DNA of 64,000 nucleotides from an uncultured Gammaproteobacteria bacterium (GTDB taxonomy: Bacteria; Patescibacteriota; Patescibacteriia; Magasanikbacterales; GWA2-37-8), in assembly GCA_964444705.1 (NCBI GenBank), contig CAYUHX010000002.1:22869-86868 (forward strand), read 5' to 3'. Of this stretch, positions 1 through 8,468 are shown in pieces. Position 1 is the first letter of the stretch, and every line of letters begins with the position of its first letter. Made by a program: the position numbers and the translations under genes. The notes under the pieces were generated by a model. It ran no database searches. It had not been told where the DNA came from and was given only the letters and a program-made list of their open reading frames with translations.

Positions 1-254
1 CGGGGGCGATGCGAGGAATTGGCTGGGCTATTTTATATTTTGATCCAAAAGGGGATCGTTATTTTAACTGTTGGGTGAATGAACATGATATGGGTCACCT
101 CGCCGGCTGTGTACCACTTTTAGTGATGGATGTTTTTGAACACGCTTTTATGCTTGATTATGGCACTAAGCGCGCCGATTATATCCAAAGTTTTGTAAAA
201 GCTATTGATTGGCAGAAAGTAGATGAGCGCCGGAGTGTGGTGTCTGCTGCGTAG
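1..254 (+). CDS. sodA: Fe/Mn superoxide dismutase, C-terminal part (5' end lies outside the window)
   Basis: Translation ...DVFEHAFMLDYGTKRADYIQSFVKAIDWQKV matches the conserved Fe/Mn-SOD C-terminal domain (DVWEHAYYL.Y.N.R..Y). The ORF runs from base 1. Confidence 0.8.
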   Translation, partial: GAMRGIGWAILYFDPKGDRYFNCWVNEHDMGHLAGCVPLLVMDVFEHAFMLDYGTKRADYIQSFVKAIDWQKVDERRSVVSAA

Positions 255-261
255 ACTCAGC

Positions 262-591
262 ATGATTGAGACGTGTGTGAAATTATTTTTCCCCAAAACC
301 ATTTTGAGTGATCCTGATTTTGCACTTCGACGGGCAGGATATGGTTTTGTTGTTGATCGACACAGTCGGCAGGTAAAAAGTTATGTGCATCGTCTTGACC
401 GAGATTCATACCCACGGTTTCATGTGTATGTAGAAGACGCGGGTGAAAAGTGGTCGCTCAATCTGCATCTTGATCAACGACCGTCAGTATATGAAGGCGC
501 GACTGCACATTCTGGAGAATATGATGGTGCGGTGGTGGAACGTGAAGCGGCGCGTATCACTCATGTGCTCGAGAAAAAAAACTCTGATTAA
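262..591 (+). CDS. hypothetical protein
   Basis: Open frame downstream of sodA (MIETCVKLFFPK...). No recognisable motif. The start is uncertain. Confidence 0.35.
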   Translation: MIETCVKLFFPKTILSDPDFALRRAGYGFVVDRHSRQVKSYVHRLDRDSYPRFHVYVEDAGEKWSLNLHLDQRPSVYEGATAHSGEYDGAVVEREAARITHVLEKKNSD

Positions 592-611
592 AAAATTAGT
601 ACAGCGCGTAA

Positions 612-1163
612 ATGGTGTTTTTGATTATGGAATTATTTTTCTTCCTCCTTTTTTTTCTATTACTTTTTACGTTTGTATATGGGAGTCTTTCGGCGGCGCC
701 GTGGGTGCCGGGACGAACGAGTGATGTGAAGCGATTTGTAGAGCTCGTGGAAATCAAACCTGGTCAGCTCATGTATGATTTAGGGTGTGGTGATGGGCGT
801 TTTGTGTGTGCCGCCGCCACGGCCGGAGCGAGAGCTGTGGGGTTTGAAGTTTCTCTGCTGCCTTATTTTTTGGCACAGGTACGCCGTTTAATGTTAACAA
901 AGGAAGCGCGTGCCCGTTGTGAGATACGATTTAAAAATTTTTGGAAAATTTCACTGCACGAAGTTGATGTGCTTTATTGTTTTCTTTTGCCGGAGGTGTA
1001 TGATCGTTTGAAAGAAAAATGTGAACGTGAGTTGAAACCCACAGCCAAAGTGGTGGTATATGTGTGGGCCATGAAAGATTGGGAGCCGGTAGTAGTAAAC
1101 AAATGCACCGATCGACCGGTGATGTACGTGTATGAAAAAATAAATTCAAATACAAAAAATTGA
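612..1163 (+). CDS. class I SAM-dependent methyltransferase with hydrophobic N-terminal anchor
   Basis: Motif I LYDLGCGDGRF (hh[DE]hGCGxG) followed by acidic motif II/III spacing. The N-terminus is hydrophobic. Confidence 0.6.
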   Translation: MVFLIMELFFFLLFFLLLFTFVYGSLSAAPWVPGRTSDVKRFVELVEIKPGQLMYDLGCGDGRFVCAAATAGARAVGFEVSLLPYFLAQVRRLMLTKEARARCEIRFKNFWKISLHEVDVLYCFLLPEVYDRLKEKCERELKPTAKVVVYVWAMKDWEPVVVNKCTDRPVMYVYEKINSNTKN

Positions 1164-1181
1164 ATAGTAATGGCTAAAATT

Positions 1182-1532
1182 TTAGTTGGAATTTTTATCA
1201 CTTTTTTGATGTTCTTCGGCAAGAGCAAGAAGCACATCATCACGTTGTTCGATTGTTTTTTGTCTGGCGCGCAACTCGTCACGTTTGGTTTCTAATTCTT
1301 TAAGGAGGGTAAAGAGTTCTGTAAGCTCGTGAGATTTTTGATCGATAGCTTGTTCGATTTTATGAGTCGAGCGTTTTCGAAGGAGAGGTTTGATTTGTTC
1401 TTGCAGATCAGTGATTGATTGAGACACCGTTATGATTGTCTGCTCGATTTGAGCGAGTAATTTTTTTGTTTCAGCAAGGAGTGTGCGTGTGTCAGAAAAT
1501 AAAATTTCTGGGGGTGGAACCGTTTCTTTCAT
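1182..1532 (-). CDS. hypothetical coiled-coil protein
   Basis: 116-aa ORF, heptad-rich and charged (LLAQIEQTIITVSQSITDLQEQIKPLL). No recognisable motif. Confidence 0.4.
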   Translation of the reverse strand: MKETVPPPEILFSDTRTLLAETKKLLAQIEQTIITVSQSITDLQEQIKPLLRKRSTHKIEQAIDQKSHELTELFTLLKELETKRDELRARQKTIEQRDDVLLALAEEHQKSDKNSN

Positions 1533-1589
1533 ATAAGAAAAATGGAGAGAGTGAATTTTGGGTAAAGATAGTTTGTGTAATGATAGTTG

Positions 1590-2174
1590 TTATTGTTTTT
1601 GTTCTGTTGAACTGGTTGTTTCGTCAAGAATAGGAAAGGTGGAAGTGGTATCGTCTAGTTGAAACATTTCATTTTGAGGAAGTTTTTTTTCAGGGTTAAA
1701 TAAAGGGGAAAAATAACTTATTACCACAAAATAGGGAACCCAAAGCAGCTGCAGGATAAAAAAAGCAATGCCGACTGGTCGCCAATGGGCTTGGGCACGT
1801 TTAAATTTTTCGACACTTTCCCATTCGTTTTTGCGCCAAGCCCATTCGTTGCCTTTGAGGCCAAGCACAATCCACCACACTAATTTAAATCCAGGAATAA
1901 AATTGAGTAGAAAGAACCAGCTGCGATGATATATTCCCCAGACCATTGGCACAAAAGCCGCGGCCCAATTCCAGCCAGCGATTTCTTTTGGTAGCTCTGA
2001 CATTTTTCCTTTTCCTGAGCGAGGGTCAATGATTGTGAGGGGTGCGTCTTGTTTTTTGATGGCTTGAATTACTAAACTTACGACGAGCACCTCTAGACCG
2101 CCAATGATAGCAATGAGTACAAGCATGGCTAAGAAAACAAACGCGGTGATGAATAGAATTGCGGGAAGAGGCAT
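1590..2174 (-). CDS. integral membrane protein (DUF-like, W-rich cytoplasmic loop)
   Basis: 194 aa with 3-4 predicted TM helices and a GNEWAWRKNEW loop. No catalytic motif. Confidence 0.5.
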   Translation of the reverse strand: MPLPAILFITAFVFLAMLVLIAIIGGLEVLVVSLVIQAIKKQDAPLTIIDPRSGKGKMSELPKEIAGWNWAAAFVPMVWGIYHRSWFFLLNFIPGFKLVWWIVLGLKGNEWAWRKNEWESVEKFKRAQAHWRPVGIAFFILQLLWVPYFVVISYFSPLFNPEKKLPQNEMFQLDDTTSTFPILDETTSSTEQKQ

Positions 2175-2246
2175 ATTTTAAAAATGAATAAAAATAAAGA
2201 TATTTTAGCTGTGTGAATGGTAATTAGTTGAATAAGTTGTTTTTGG

Positions 2247-2468
2247 TTATTCTTGAGTTGTTTTTGCGGCTATCCTTTCCCAAGCAAGAATGGTGGGTAC
2301 AACAAAGGGGAAAATTCCGTAGAGTAAATCGCTCACCGAATTAACGTGCTGGTTTACAGCAAATGTGGTGTGCACACAAAAAGTGAGAGCAGCGAGGGTG
2401 ATAAGCCAACCCTGCCAGGAAAGAGGATAATACCAAACACCAAATTTTTTAAACCAAGGTAAAGTCAT
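2247..2468 (-). CDS. small membrane protein
   Basis: 73 aa with two hydrophobic helices. Confidence 0.35.
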   Translation of the reverse strand: MTLPWFKKFGVWYYPLSWQGWLITLAALTFCVHTTFAVNQHVNSVSDLLYGIFPFVVPTILAWERIAAKTTQE

Positions 2469-2540
2469 AGAGCAAAGCTAAATAACTGATTGGTGCAATT
2501 AAAACATATCGCCTAGTTAATGTATAGAGTTTTTTAAAAT

Positions 2541-2566
2541 AAAAACTCCAGCTAAGTGGAGTTTTT
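2541..2566 (-). terminator. Rho-independent terminator (10-bp perfect stem, A/T-flanked)
   Basis: aaaaactcca-gctaag-tggagttttt lies downstream of the 2650..3156 minus-strand gene. T-runs on both strands. Confidence 0.55.
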
Positions 2567-2649
2567 GGAGGATCGCTCACGCTTCAGACCTCGGTTTTTT
2601 AGCCAAAGTCTCAAGTGTGAGCGAGCGATCGGTGGGGGGTGGCTCAGGT

Positions 2650-3156
2650 TCACCGTGAGATCGTGAAGTTCACGGTGAAAGGGTCGTCCCGTTTTGCTGC
2701 CTCACCCAGGTGGAAGAGGAGGTTTAAGAAGTTTTTGCGGTTATCTGGTATTTGTTGATACCAGACCAGGAATTTTTGGACGCTGTAGACATCCAGCCCA
2801 CTAGGGAAGAAAATGGTAAAGACCACGTTCGTGCCGTCCCGGAAGCGGACGGTGAATGTACTGCCATCTTCCAGGCGGAAGATGGGGTTCCACCAATAGC
2901 GTCCAGGGGGAATCGCCCAGACGATGTTGTAAGAAAGCTGCCACCAGCTTTCTCCCGGCTGGACGACCTGGTGGTTTTTGACCGCCCGATGCACGCTGTA
3001 GGCGACTAGCACCACGGCGGCAGTGCCCCACCAGGTGATGAGGCCAGAGATCGTGAGCAGGAACAGCCCAAGACCGCCGAGCACCAGGGCCGGCAGGAGA
3101 CGGTTTTTTGGTGCCTTTGACCAGATCGTAAAATCGTGGGGAGGGAGAAACGTCAT
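2650..3156 (-). CDS. GC-rich membrane-anchored hypothetical protein (likely horizontally acquired)
   Basis: 168 aa with N-terminal TM helices. Local GC is about 55-58% versus about 40% in the flanks. GAGGTG lies 7 nt upstream of the ATG. Confidence 0.45.
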   Translation of the reverse strand: MTFLPPHDFTIWSKAPKNRLLPALVLGGLGLFLLTISGLITWWGTAAVVLVAYSVHRAVKNHQVVQPGESWWQLSYNIVWAIPPGRYWWNPIFRLEDGSTFTVRFRDGTNVVFTIFFPSGLDVYSVQKFLVWYQQIPDNRKNFLNLLFHLGEAAKRDDPFTVNFTISR

Positions 3157-3222
3157 TGGAGCACCTCGCTTTCAGGGGTATCTTTACCATGAGGTGGGGG
3201 AGAGAAGCAAGGATGTAAGAAT

Positions 3223-3867
3223 CTAGGCTAAATTAAGAAAGGAGGTTTTGGTCGCAACAAACTCAAGTAAAGCCGCCACTGTGCGCCCTTCGCTGATTTC
3301 TCCATGGGCGCATTTATCTAAAATTTCAGTAAAGGTAAACCACTTGCCTTGGTGAATGTCTTCACCTTCTTCATGAAGTTTATTCGTGGCGCTGCCGCAT
3401 ATCTCTTCGGCCAGGATGTAGTACAAATCCCATTCGACGGTGGCACCACATTCTTTTTTGGCAAAAAAGCGTAGTTGTGTGGCTTCAAGCTGGGCTTCTT
3501 CGCGCAATTCTTTGGCCGCTGCCGCCAGGATCATAGCTTCGGGCACCGCTTGGGTAAGGTAGGGGCGATAGTCATTAAAACTATCGACGACTTTTCCTCC
3601 GGGTAAGCGCCAGTCCAAAACGTTATTTCTTTCTAACCGAGCCTCTTGTTGCAAATAAATAGTTTTATTTTGTACCGCAATAATTCGGGTGCCAGGTGCG
3701 CGGACAAATTTTTCAAACACTTTGGCTATATAACCCTTACCTTCATCAACCAGCACTGGAAATTGTACAATTGCCCCAATGCGCCCTTCGCTTAAAATGG
3801 TCGGCGCGCCATTAGGGATAATTTTTGGTTCGTCAGGAGTGCGGATTCGAACAACATTCATTGTCAT
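3223..3867 (-). CDS. NUDIX-like hydrolase (degenerate Nudix box)
   Basis: LPGGKVV...KELREEAQLEA resembles the Nudix box (GX5EX7REUXEEXGU) with substitutions. Confidence 0.5.
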   Translation of the reverse strand: MTMNVVRIRTPDEPKIIPNGAPTILSEGRIGAIVQFPVLVDEGKGYIAKVFEKFVRAPGTRIIAVQNKTIYLQQEARLERNNVLDWRLPGGKVVDSFNDYRPYLTQAVPEAMILAAAAKELREEAQLEATQLRFFAKKECGATVEWDLYYILAEEICGSATNKLHEEGEDIHQGKWFTFTEILDKCAHGEISEGRTVAALLEFVATKTSFLNLA

Positions 3868-3965
3868 ATTTTTTAAAAAATAATTAAATCATTAGGCTGA
3901 GCAATATTTTGAAATTTTGTGCATAGAGCTATACCCGCGCACCGGTTAAATTACCACTTTCGTAT

Positions 3966-4610
3966 TTACTTGCCGCTGATTCGTTGCACTTCAAATTCTC
4001 CGTTGCTTCGTTTAATGAGACGATAAAAAGCATATACCGTTTGTCCTTCATGTGGAGCGGCCACGCCAAAAATAAAAGGTCGGTCGGATGATAAATTACC
4101 TCGGGTATAATATTCTTCAAAGACGGCCATTGCATCACCATCTGATGGTTGCCAAGGGCGCTGGTGTGCGTCGAGTTCGTGTGTTTCCACCGGATGAGTG
4201 TGCACATCGCCAATGAATTCTAAATTTCTATACTGTGGATACGCCCTTCGTAGTTCCTCGATTGAGCGCTGAATGGCGGCTAAGTTGGGTAATACGTATT
4301 CAACATGCTCGGTATACAGCGCTTCGCCCTGAGCATCTCGAGAGTCATGCGGGTCAACTTGCATTACTGCTTCGATAGTTACATGGACTGAATTTTTTTC
4401 TTGCGGCCGCACTTTTCCTAGAAGTATGGCGTATTTTTCTCGTCGTGCCCTTAGATCACTCGGCGTAACTTCTGGGAGATGCGCACCAACTTTTTCAGTA
4501 AAAGAAAAAGTGACTCGCAAATTTTCATCGAGAAAATCTATCTTTTGCGATGTGGCGTCTCTGGCTTCGGTTGCCGATCCCCTTCTATTAAAACGATCTC
4601 GTGGAGGCAT
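3966..4610 (-). CDS. hypothetical protein with HxH...SDGD metal-binding-like motif (possible JAB/MPN-like)
   Basis: GDVHTHPVETHE...QPSDGD resembles a JAMM-type motif but with non-canonical spacing. Confidence 0.4.
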   Translation of the reverse strand: MPPRDRFNRRGSATEARDATSQKIDFLDENLRVTFSFTEKVGAHLPEVTPSDLRARREKYAILLGKVRPQEKNSVHVTIEAVMQVDPHDSRDAQGEALYTEHVEYVLPNLAAIQRSIEELRRAYPQYRNLEFIGDVHTHPVETHELDAHQRPWQPSDGDAMAVFEEYYTRGNLSSDRPFIFGVAAPHEGQTVYAFYRLIKRSNGEFEVQRISGK

Positions 4611-4613
4611 AAG

Positions 4614-5159
4614 TTAAAAAGTACAACCAGGTTTGGCGGCAGTTGAAAGCAGCATTTTAAAAATTGTGTCGAATAGCTCGTTCGTGCCCGAAGCTAAGAT
4701 TATTTTTTTCTTTCCGGCATCAGATGCTATCTCAATAAATAAACTGGCCCGGTCGGGGTTGGGCAAATGTGAGCCAATGATATCAGGTAAACTCCAAAAA
4801 GTCGGCCGACCGAAATAGCCATCAAGAGCGATCAGTTGCTCCATAGTAATTTTTTCATCTTTTTTAATACACGAGCTGGGGTAATCGGAAATAATTTTTC
4901 CGTTTTCGTTTTCAGTATTCGGTGTAACGCCCGGACTCAGAAGAGTAATAGTATAAGGTTTGATGTTGCCACCCATTCGGCCGAAAGAAACTTTACTAAA
5001 ACCAGAATACGCCCCCGCCGGATTTGGGTCAGCGGCGTTTGGTGTAGAGGTGGTAGTGCGAGGGGGTTGGTCGTTTAGAACTGAATTGGTTGCAGGAGTG
5101 TTACTACAGCCAACTCCGAGGAGTGAAATCAAGGGAATTAAAAATAGAAAATTTTTCAT
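4614..5159 (-). CDS. lipoprotein, hypothetical
   Basis: Signal peptide MKNFLFLIPLISLLGVGCS with lipobox LGVGC. The mature part is S/T/P/N-rich. Probably co-transcribed with 3966..4610. Confidence 0.55.
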   Translation of the reverse strand: MKNFLFLIPLISLLGVGCSNTPATNSVLNDQPPRTTTSTPNAADPNPAGAYSGFSKVSFGRMGGNIKPYTITLLSPGVTPNTENENGKIISDYPSSCIKKDEKITMEQLIALDGYFGRPTFWSLPDIIGSHLPNPDRASLFIEIASDAGKKKIILASGTNELFDTIFKMLLSTAAKPGCTF

Positions 5160-5240
5160 ATACTTTGTTAATTAGAGAATGATGTGAGTATAGCAGTATG
5201 CCTAAATTAGTTCGAGTTTTTTGCTGGAAAAAAATAAAAA

Positions 5241-5261
5241 AGCCTGGAACAGGCTTTTTTT
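5241..5261 (-). terminator. Rho-independent terminator 3' of tRNA-Gly (bidirectional)
   Basis: agcctg-gaa-caggct, flanked by A7 upstream and T7 downstream. Confidence 0.55.
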
Positions 5262-5262
5262 G

Positions 5263-5334
5263 AGCGGGTGAGGGGAGTCGAACCCCTGTCACCAGTTTGG
5301 AAAACTGGGATAATAGCCGTTATATGACACCCGC
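5263..5334 (-). tRNA. tRNA-Gly (anticodon UCC)
   Basis: Reverse complement folds as a cloverleaf. Acceptor GCGGGTG/CACCCGC; D-loop with GG; anticodon stem CCAGT/ACTGG with loop TTTCCAA giving UCC; T-arm AGGGG-TTCGACT-CCCCT; discriminator U. CCA is not encoded. Confidence 0.75.
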
Positions 5335-5512
5335 AGTGAGTGAAAAGAAAAAGATTTTTCTTTTCCGAACGAAGGGCGGTATATACCTTAGTATATGACA
5401 CCCGTAACAAGTGAAGGCACTTTAAAAAAGTGCTGTTTCTTTAAAGTGATTTTAAGTATACTATACGAAAAAGAAATGTCAATAATTTCTTTAAAAGTAA
5501 CCTTCAAATGGT

Positions 5513-5833
5513 ATGTGGCAGGAGTATTCTTCATATTTTACACCTTTAAACGCGCTTTTGGCCTATCTCGTGGGGATAAATTTTGTAGCCTTTTTGGCAT
5601 ATGGATTTGATAAATGGGCGGCACGGGCTGGTTGGTGGCGAGTGCGGGAGCGAACGTTGTTGTTGTGCGCCCTTTTGGGTGGCAGTCTTGGGGCAGCGCT
5701 CGGGATGAATTATTTTCGTCACAAAACAAAAAAAGAGTCATTTTTTCTTTGGGTACTTCTCATTATAGTATTTCAGGTAGCCATTTTTGGGTATCTATTT
5801 TTTCGGTTTTTTCTTTCGGAGCAAAGCACTTGA
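5513..5833 (+). CDS. DUF1294-family small membrane protein
   Basis: FDKWAARAGWWRVRERTLLLCALLGGSLGAALGMNYFRHKTKK matches the DUF1294 signature (DK.A....WR.PE..L....GG..GA..G...FRHKT.K). Confidence 0.6.
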   Translation: MWQEYSSYFTPLNALLAYLVGINFVAFLAYGFDKWAARAGWWRVRERTLLLCALLGGSLGAALGMNYFRHKTKKESFFLWVLLIIVFQVAIFGYLFFRFFLSEQST

Positions 5834-5864
5834 CGCTGTTTTCAAACCTGGTAAAATATTTTTC

Positions 5865-5888
5865 ATATTTTACTCTAGAGTAAAATAT
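5865..5888. promoter_or_regulatory. perfect 24-bp palindrome ATATTTTACTCT|AGAGTAAAATAT (candidate operator)
   Basis: Exact 12+12 inverted repeat centred on CTAG, 33 nt upstream of the acidic micro-ORF. Confidence 0.4.
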
Positions 5889-5920
5889 ACACAGTATTTA
5901 CTTACATAACCTTCCCCTAT

Positions 5921-6076
5921 ATGGCACTAGATTTTGCCTTGGAAGAAGACGTCGACTTAGACGGCGAAGACGAAGAAGAAGTGGATGAAGACGAAGAAGA
6001 TGATGATATGGACGAAGAGGATGAAGCTGGTGCCGGAGATTATACCGACGGCGATGACGATGATGATGACGAATAG
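5921..6076 (+). CDS. hyper-acidic 51-aa micro-protein (MALDFALEEDVDLDGEDEEEVDEDEEDDDMDEEDEAGAGDYTDGDDDDDDE)
   Basis: ATG-initiated ORF ending in TAG, followed by an intrinsic terminator. It is absent from the ORF track (<60 aa). The antisense 66-aa H/R/L-rich frame is judged spurious. Confidence 0.35.
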   Translation: MALDFALEEDVDLDGEDEEEVDEDEEDDDMDEEDEAGAGDYTDGDDDDDDE

Positions 6077-6089
6077 CGAAGAGTGGAAA

Positions 6090-6112
6090 ATCCCCCAAAA
6101 GGGGATTTTTTG
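6090..6112 (+). terminator. Rho-independent terminator
   Basis: atcccc-caaaa-ggggat followed by TTTTTT, immediately 3' of the acidic micro-ORF. Confidence 0.5.
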
Positions 6113-6150
6113 TTGAGTAAAGCAGTTTTCTTCAACCACGCTGTGCTACC

Positions 6151-6179
6151 CTTGACAATAGTGTTAAGGTGTGATTTAA
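6151..6179 (+). promoter_or_regulatory. sigma70-like promoter (TTGACA-17-TTTAAT)
   Basis: TTGACA, 17-nt spacer, TTTAAT, upstream of the GC-rich lipoprotein gene. GGAGGA SD lies before ATG 6350. Confidence 0.4.
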
Positions 6180-6349
6180 TACCGCGTCGTATGGTTTGAT
6201 ATGAATAGTTGATGGTTCTTTAAAATACTTAAAAGTGTGTGGTGAAGCGAAGAAAGCGCTTGCCCCAGCTGACAAAGGCAGAAATAGTTTGTGTCTTGTT
6301 TAGCTGGAGGCAAAGGCCTCGCAAGCGTTTTCAACCCTGGAGGATCGTC

Positions 6350-6865
6350 ATGAAGCGCAACACGTGTCTGTTCCCCGGTTTCTTCGCCATTGCGGCCGCC
6401 ATCGGCTGCGGCAGTGCCCCTCCTACCGACCAGAACTTCAGCATCCCGGCGCCGGCGGAGTGCGACCAGCGGCAGCTCGAGGTGCGGGGTGACCGCAAGG
6501 TGACTAAGATCGAGTTCCCCGTGCCGAACGCAGGCTCGTACTACGTCGTGCAGAACGGCTACTCCGTCCGGTCCCCCTTCCCGGACGGGTACTACCCCGG
6601 CGTGGATGTGGTCAAGGACAGCTGCGGCAAGCCGGCCGTGAGCATCGACACTAGCGGCGCCTCGGTCTGGGCGAACCCGGGGCAGAAGGTGGGCGCCTGC
6701 CCCAAGGGCGGCGCCCAGCCGAACGGTGGGGCCCAGTGCTACAACTTCGAGGTCGGGCAGGGTGGCGTCATCACGCCGTACCTGGCGCCGCCCACGGACG
6801 AGCAGATCCAGGCGGAGCAGGCGATGGTCGCGGAGATCGCGGCCGAGCAGGCCGCCCAGGAGTAG
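6350..6865 (+). CDS. GC-rich secreted lipoprotein, hypothetical (likely horizontally acquired)
   Basis: MKRNTCLFPGFFAIAAAIGCGS has signal peptide plus lipobox. About 65% GC in an about 40% GC context. GGAGGA SD 7 nt upstream. The track start at 6239 is judged upstream read-through. Confidence 0.55.
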   Translation: MKRNTCLFPGFFAIAAAIGCGSAPPTDQNFSIPAPAECDQRQLEVRGDRKVTKIEFPVPNAGSYYVVQNGYSVRSPFPDGYYPGVDVVKDSCGKPAVSIDTSGASVWANPGQKVGACPKGGAQPNGGAQCYNFEVGQGGVITPYLAPPTDEQIQAEQAMVAEIAAEQAAQE

Positions 6866-7051
6866 CCACTTCGGCAACTCCGCGGCAGCCCCGATCGCTC
6901 TACACCTCCGACTCCACCTGCCCACCGTCAGCGCTAACCAGCGCGTGCGGTGGGCCTCGACTGATCTCGCCTCCGTATGTATTTGTTCACTTGAGTGGAG
7001 AAATGCATACGCGAGATCAGTTTGAGTGAAGTGTGGTTGGGAAAATAAAAA

Positions 7052-7080
7052 ATCCCTCTTATCAAGTCGATAAGAGGGAT
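7052..7080. terminator. bidirectional Rho-independent terminator
   Basis: atccctcttatc-aagtc-gataagagggat flanked by A6 and T5. Lies between the convergent lipoprotein (+) and VKOR (-) genes. Confidence 0.6.
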
Positions 7081-7111
7081 TTTTAGTTGTTTCAAATTTT
7101 GTGTTGCGGAG

Positions 7112-7579
7112 TTATAGCGAAGGAAATAATTTTCGTTTTAGTCGAGAAAGCCACGATTCATTTTTTCGCTCAAGCAAATACCACATTCCCAAGCCAAAGA
7201 GCGTGGTTGACGTGGCGGCCGAGAGTAAACAATATTGGCAAAAGCTGTGAAGAATAAATGCTTGCAGAAATAAAAACCACAGTGAAGCGAGAAGTCCGGC
7301 GCTAGTGAACCAGGCAAGGTGTTCGAGAATTTTTTCTCGGGCGGTATCAAAATAAAAAAGCGCTCCCACCACAATGCCGAGATAATACAGCGCCCCAAGG
7401 AGCGCGACCGGTATTCCTGCCGCAGTGGCGTAGGGGCTCGTGAGTACACGTTCACAACCTTGCACCACGGAGCAAGGAGGGATGGTTCCTTGAAAATGTT
7501 CAACGGTTAAATAGGTAGCATCGAGAAAGCCCAAAAAACCTACAAAGAGAAAAAGACCAGCAAATTTTTTTGAAGTCAT
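7112..7579 (-). CDS. vitamin K epoxide reductase (VKOR) family protein
   Basis: Multi-TM protein with loop Cys pair CSVVQGC and TM CXXC (CQYC), typical of bacterial VKOR. Immediately followed by DsbA. Confidence 0.7.
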   Translation of the reverse strand: MTSKKFAGLFLFVGFLGFLDATYLTVEHFQGTIPPCSVVQGCERVLTSPYATAAGIPVALLGALYYLGIVVGALFYFDTAREKILEHLAWFTSAGLLASLWFLFLQAFILHSFCQYCLLSAATSTTLFGLGMWYLLERKNESWLSRLKRKLFPSL

Positions 7580-7592
7580 AGCAGGTGTCTGG

Positions 7593-8318
7593 TTATTTGG
7601 TTGAAGAAGGTGTTGTTGCTAGAGAGGAATTGTCGATCGTTTGTTTAATCGCATTTCTAAATTCATCAAAATTTTGGGGCTTTAGACGCACACCATTTAA
7701 AAAGAAAGAAGGTGTGGCATCAACGCCTGCAGCGTTACCACTTTTTTCATCTCGTTCAATATGGGCGGTGAGGTTGCCAGAAGAAAGATCTTTTTGAAAT
7801 TGTTCCACGTTGAGAGGAATTTCGCTGGCCAAACGAATAAATATTTTTTGAGCACCTTCATCGGTTTCGCCTTCCCAACTATTTTGGCTGGCAAATAATT
7901 TGTCATGCATTTCCCAAAATTTTCCTTGGCGTCCTGCAGCTTCAGCAGCCAGTGCTGCCGCTTGGCTATGCGCATGTTGTTGTAGGGGGAAGTGTCGGTA
8001 GACAAAACGCACACGCGTACCAAATTCCGCCATTACACGCACAATGAGAGGTTCAAAGGCGGCACAGGCGGGGCATTGAAAGTCGCTGTATTCAACCACC
8101 GTGACGCGTGACAGCACATTGCCACGTACCCAATCGGTTGATTCAACGGGAGCAAGATTGGCAGGGGTAGTGCTCATTATTGGGGTTTGTCCGCGTTCAC
8201 CAAGTTTGGCAATTCCCCAGATTGACAGAACAATCAATAGTAATACGCCGCCCCACAGCCCAATTCGTTTCCAAGGGATATTTTTTGCAGACGATTGTTT
8301 TTGTGTAGTGGAGGGCAT
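7593..8318 (-). CDS. DsbA-family thiol:disulfide oxidoreductase (membrane-anchored)
   Basis: QCPACAAF (CPAC) thioredoxin-fold active site, HFPL motif and an N-terminal TM anchor. Start chosen at MPSTTQ. The track ORF extends to 8453. Confidence 0.75.
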   Translation of the reverse strand: MPSTTQKQSSAKNIPWKRIGLWGGVLLLIVLSIWGIAKLGERGQTPIMSTTPANLAPVESTDWVRGNVLSRVTVVEYSDFQCPACAAFEPLIVRVMAEFGTRVRFVYRHFPLQQHAHSQAAALAAEAAGRQGKFWEMHDKLFASQNSWEGETDEGAQKIFIRLASEIPLNVEQFQKDLSSGNLTAHIERDEKSGNAAGVDATPSFFLNGVRLKPQNFDEFRNAIKQTIDNSSLATTPSSTK

Positions 8319-8468
8319 AGAAAAGATTAAAAACAAAGTATGTGTAGAAATAGTATCTCTCGAAATTGAAATTAGTTCAATGTGCGCCTTGATTGCTTGG
8401 GCGGTGGCAGACCCTTCTTTTTTTAGAAAGAAAGGCCTGCGAGGCAGAAACAATCGTTGGAGTAGTGG

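Noticed and set aside
2571-2630. Long-range inverted repeat gatcgctcacgc ... gtgagcgagcgatc with about 35-nt loop
   Set aside because: The pairing is imperfect and the loop is too long for a canonical terminator. The adjacent perfect 10-bp hairpin (2541-2566) is the more likely functional element.
5263-5334. Initial reading of the tRNA as tRNA-Trp (CCA)
   Set aside because: Re-phasing the anticodon loop (stem CCAGT/ACTGG, loop UUUCCAA) gives anticodon UCC. The acceptor stem GCGGGUG and U73 are also typical of tRNA-Gly.
5898-6098. 66-aa His/Arg/Leu-rich ORF on the minus strand
   Set aside because: It is the antisense of the GAA/GAC-rich acidic micro-ORF. It has no SD or terminator, whereas the plus-strand ORF is followed by an intrinsic terminator.
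6176-6925. 249-aa minus-strand ORF overlapping the GC-rich lipoprotein gene
   Set aside because: R/G/L/A-rich low-complexity translation, typical of an antisense frame in GC-rich DNA. The plus-strand frame has a signal peptide, lipobox, SD and promoter.
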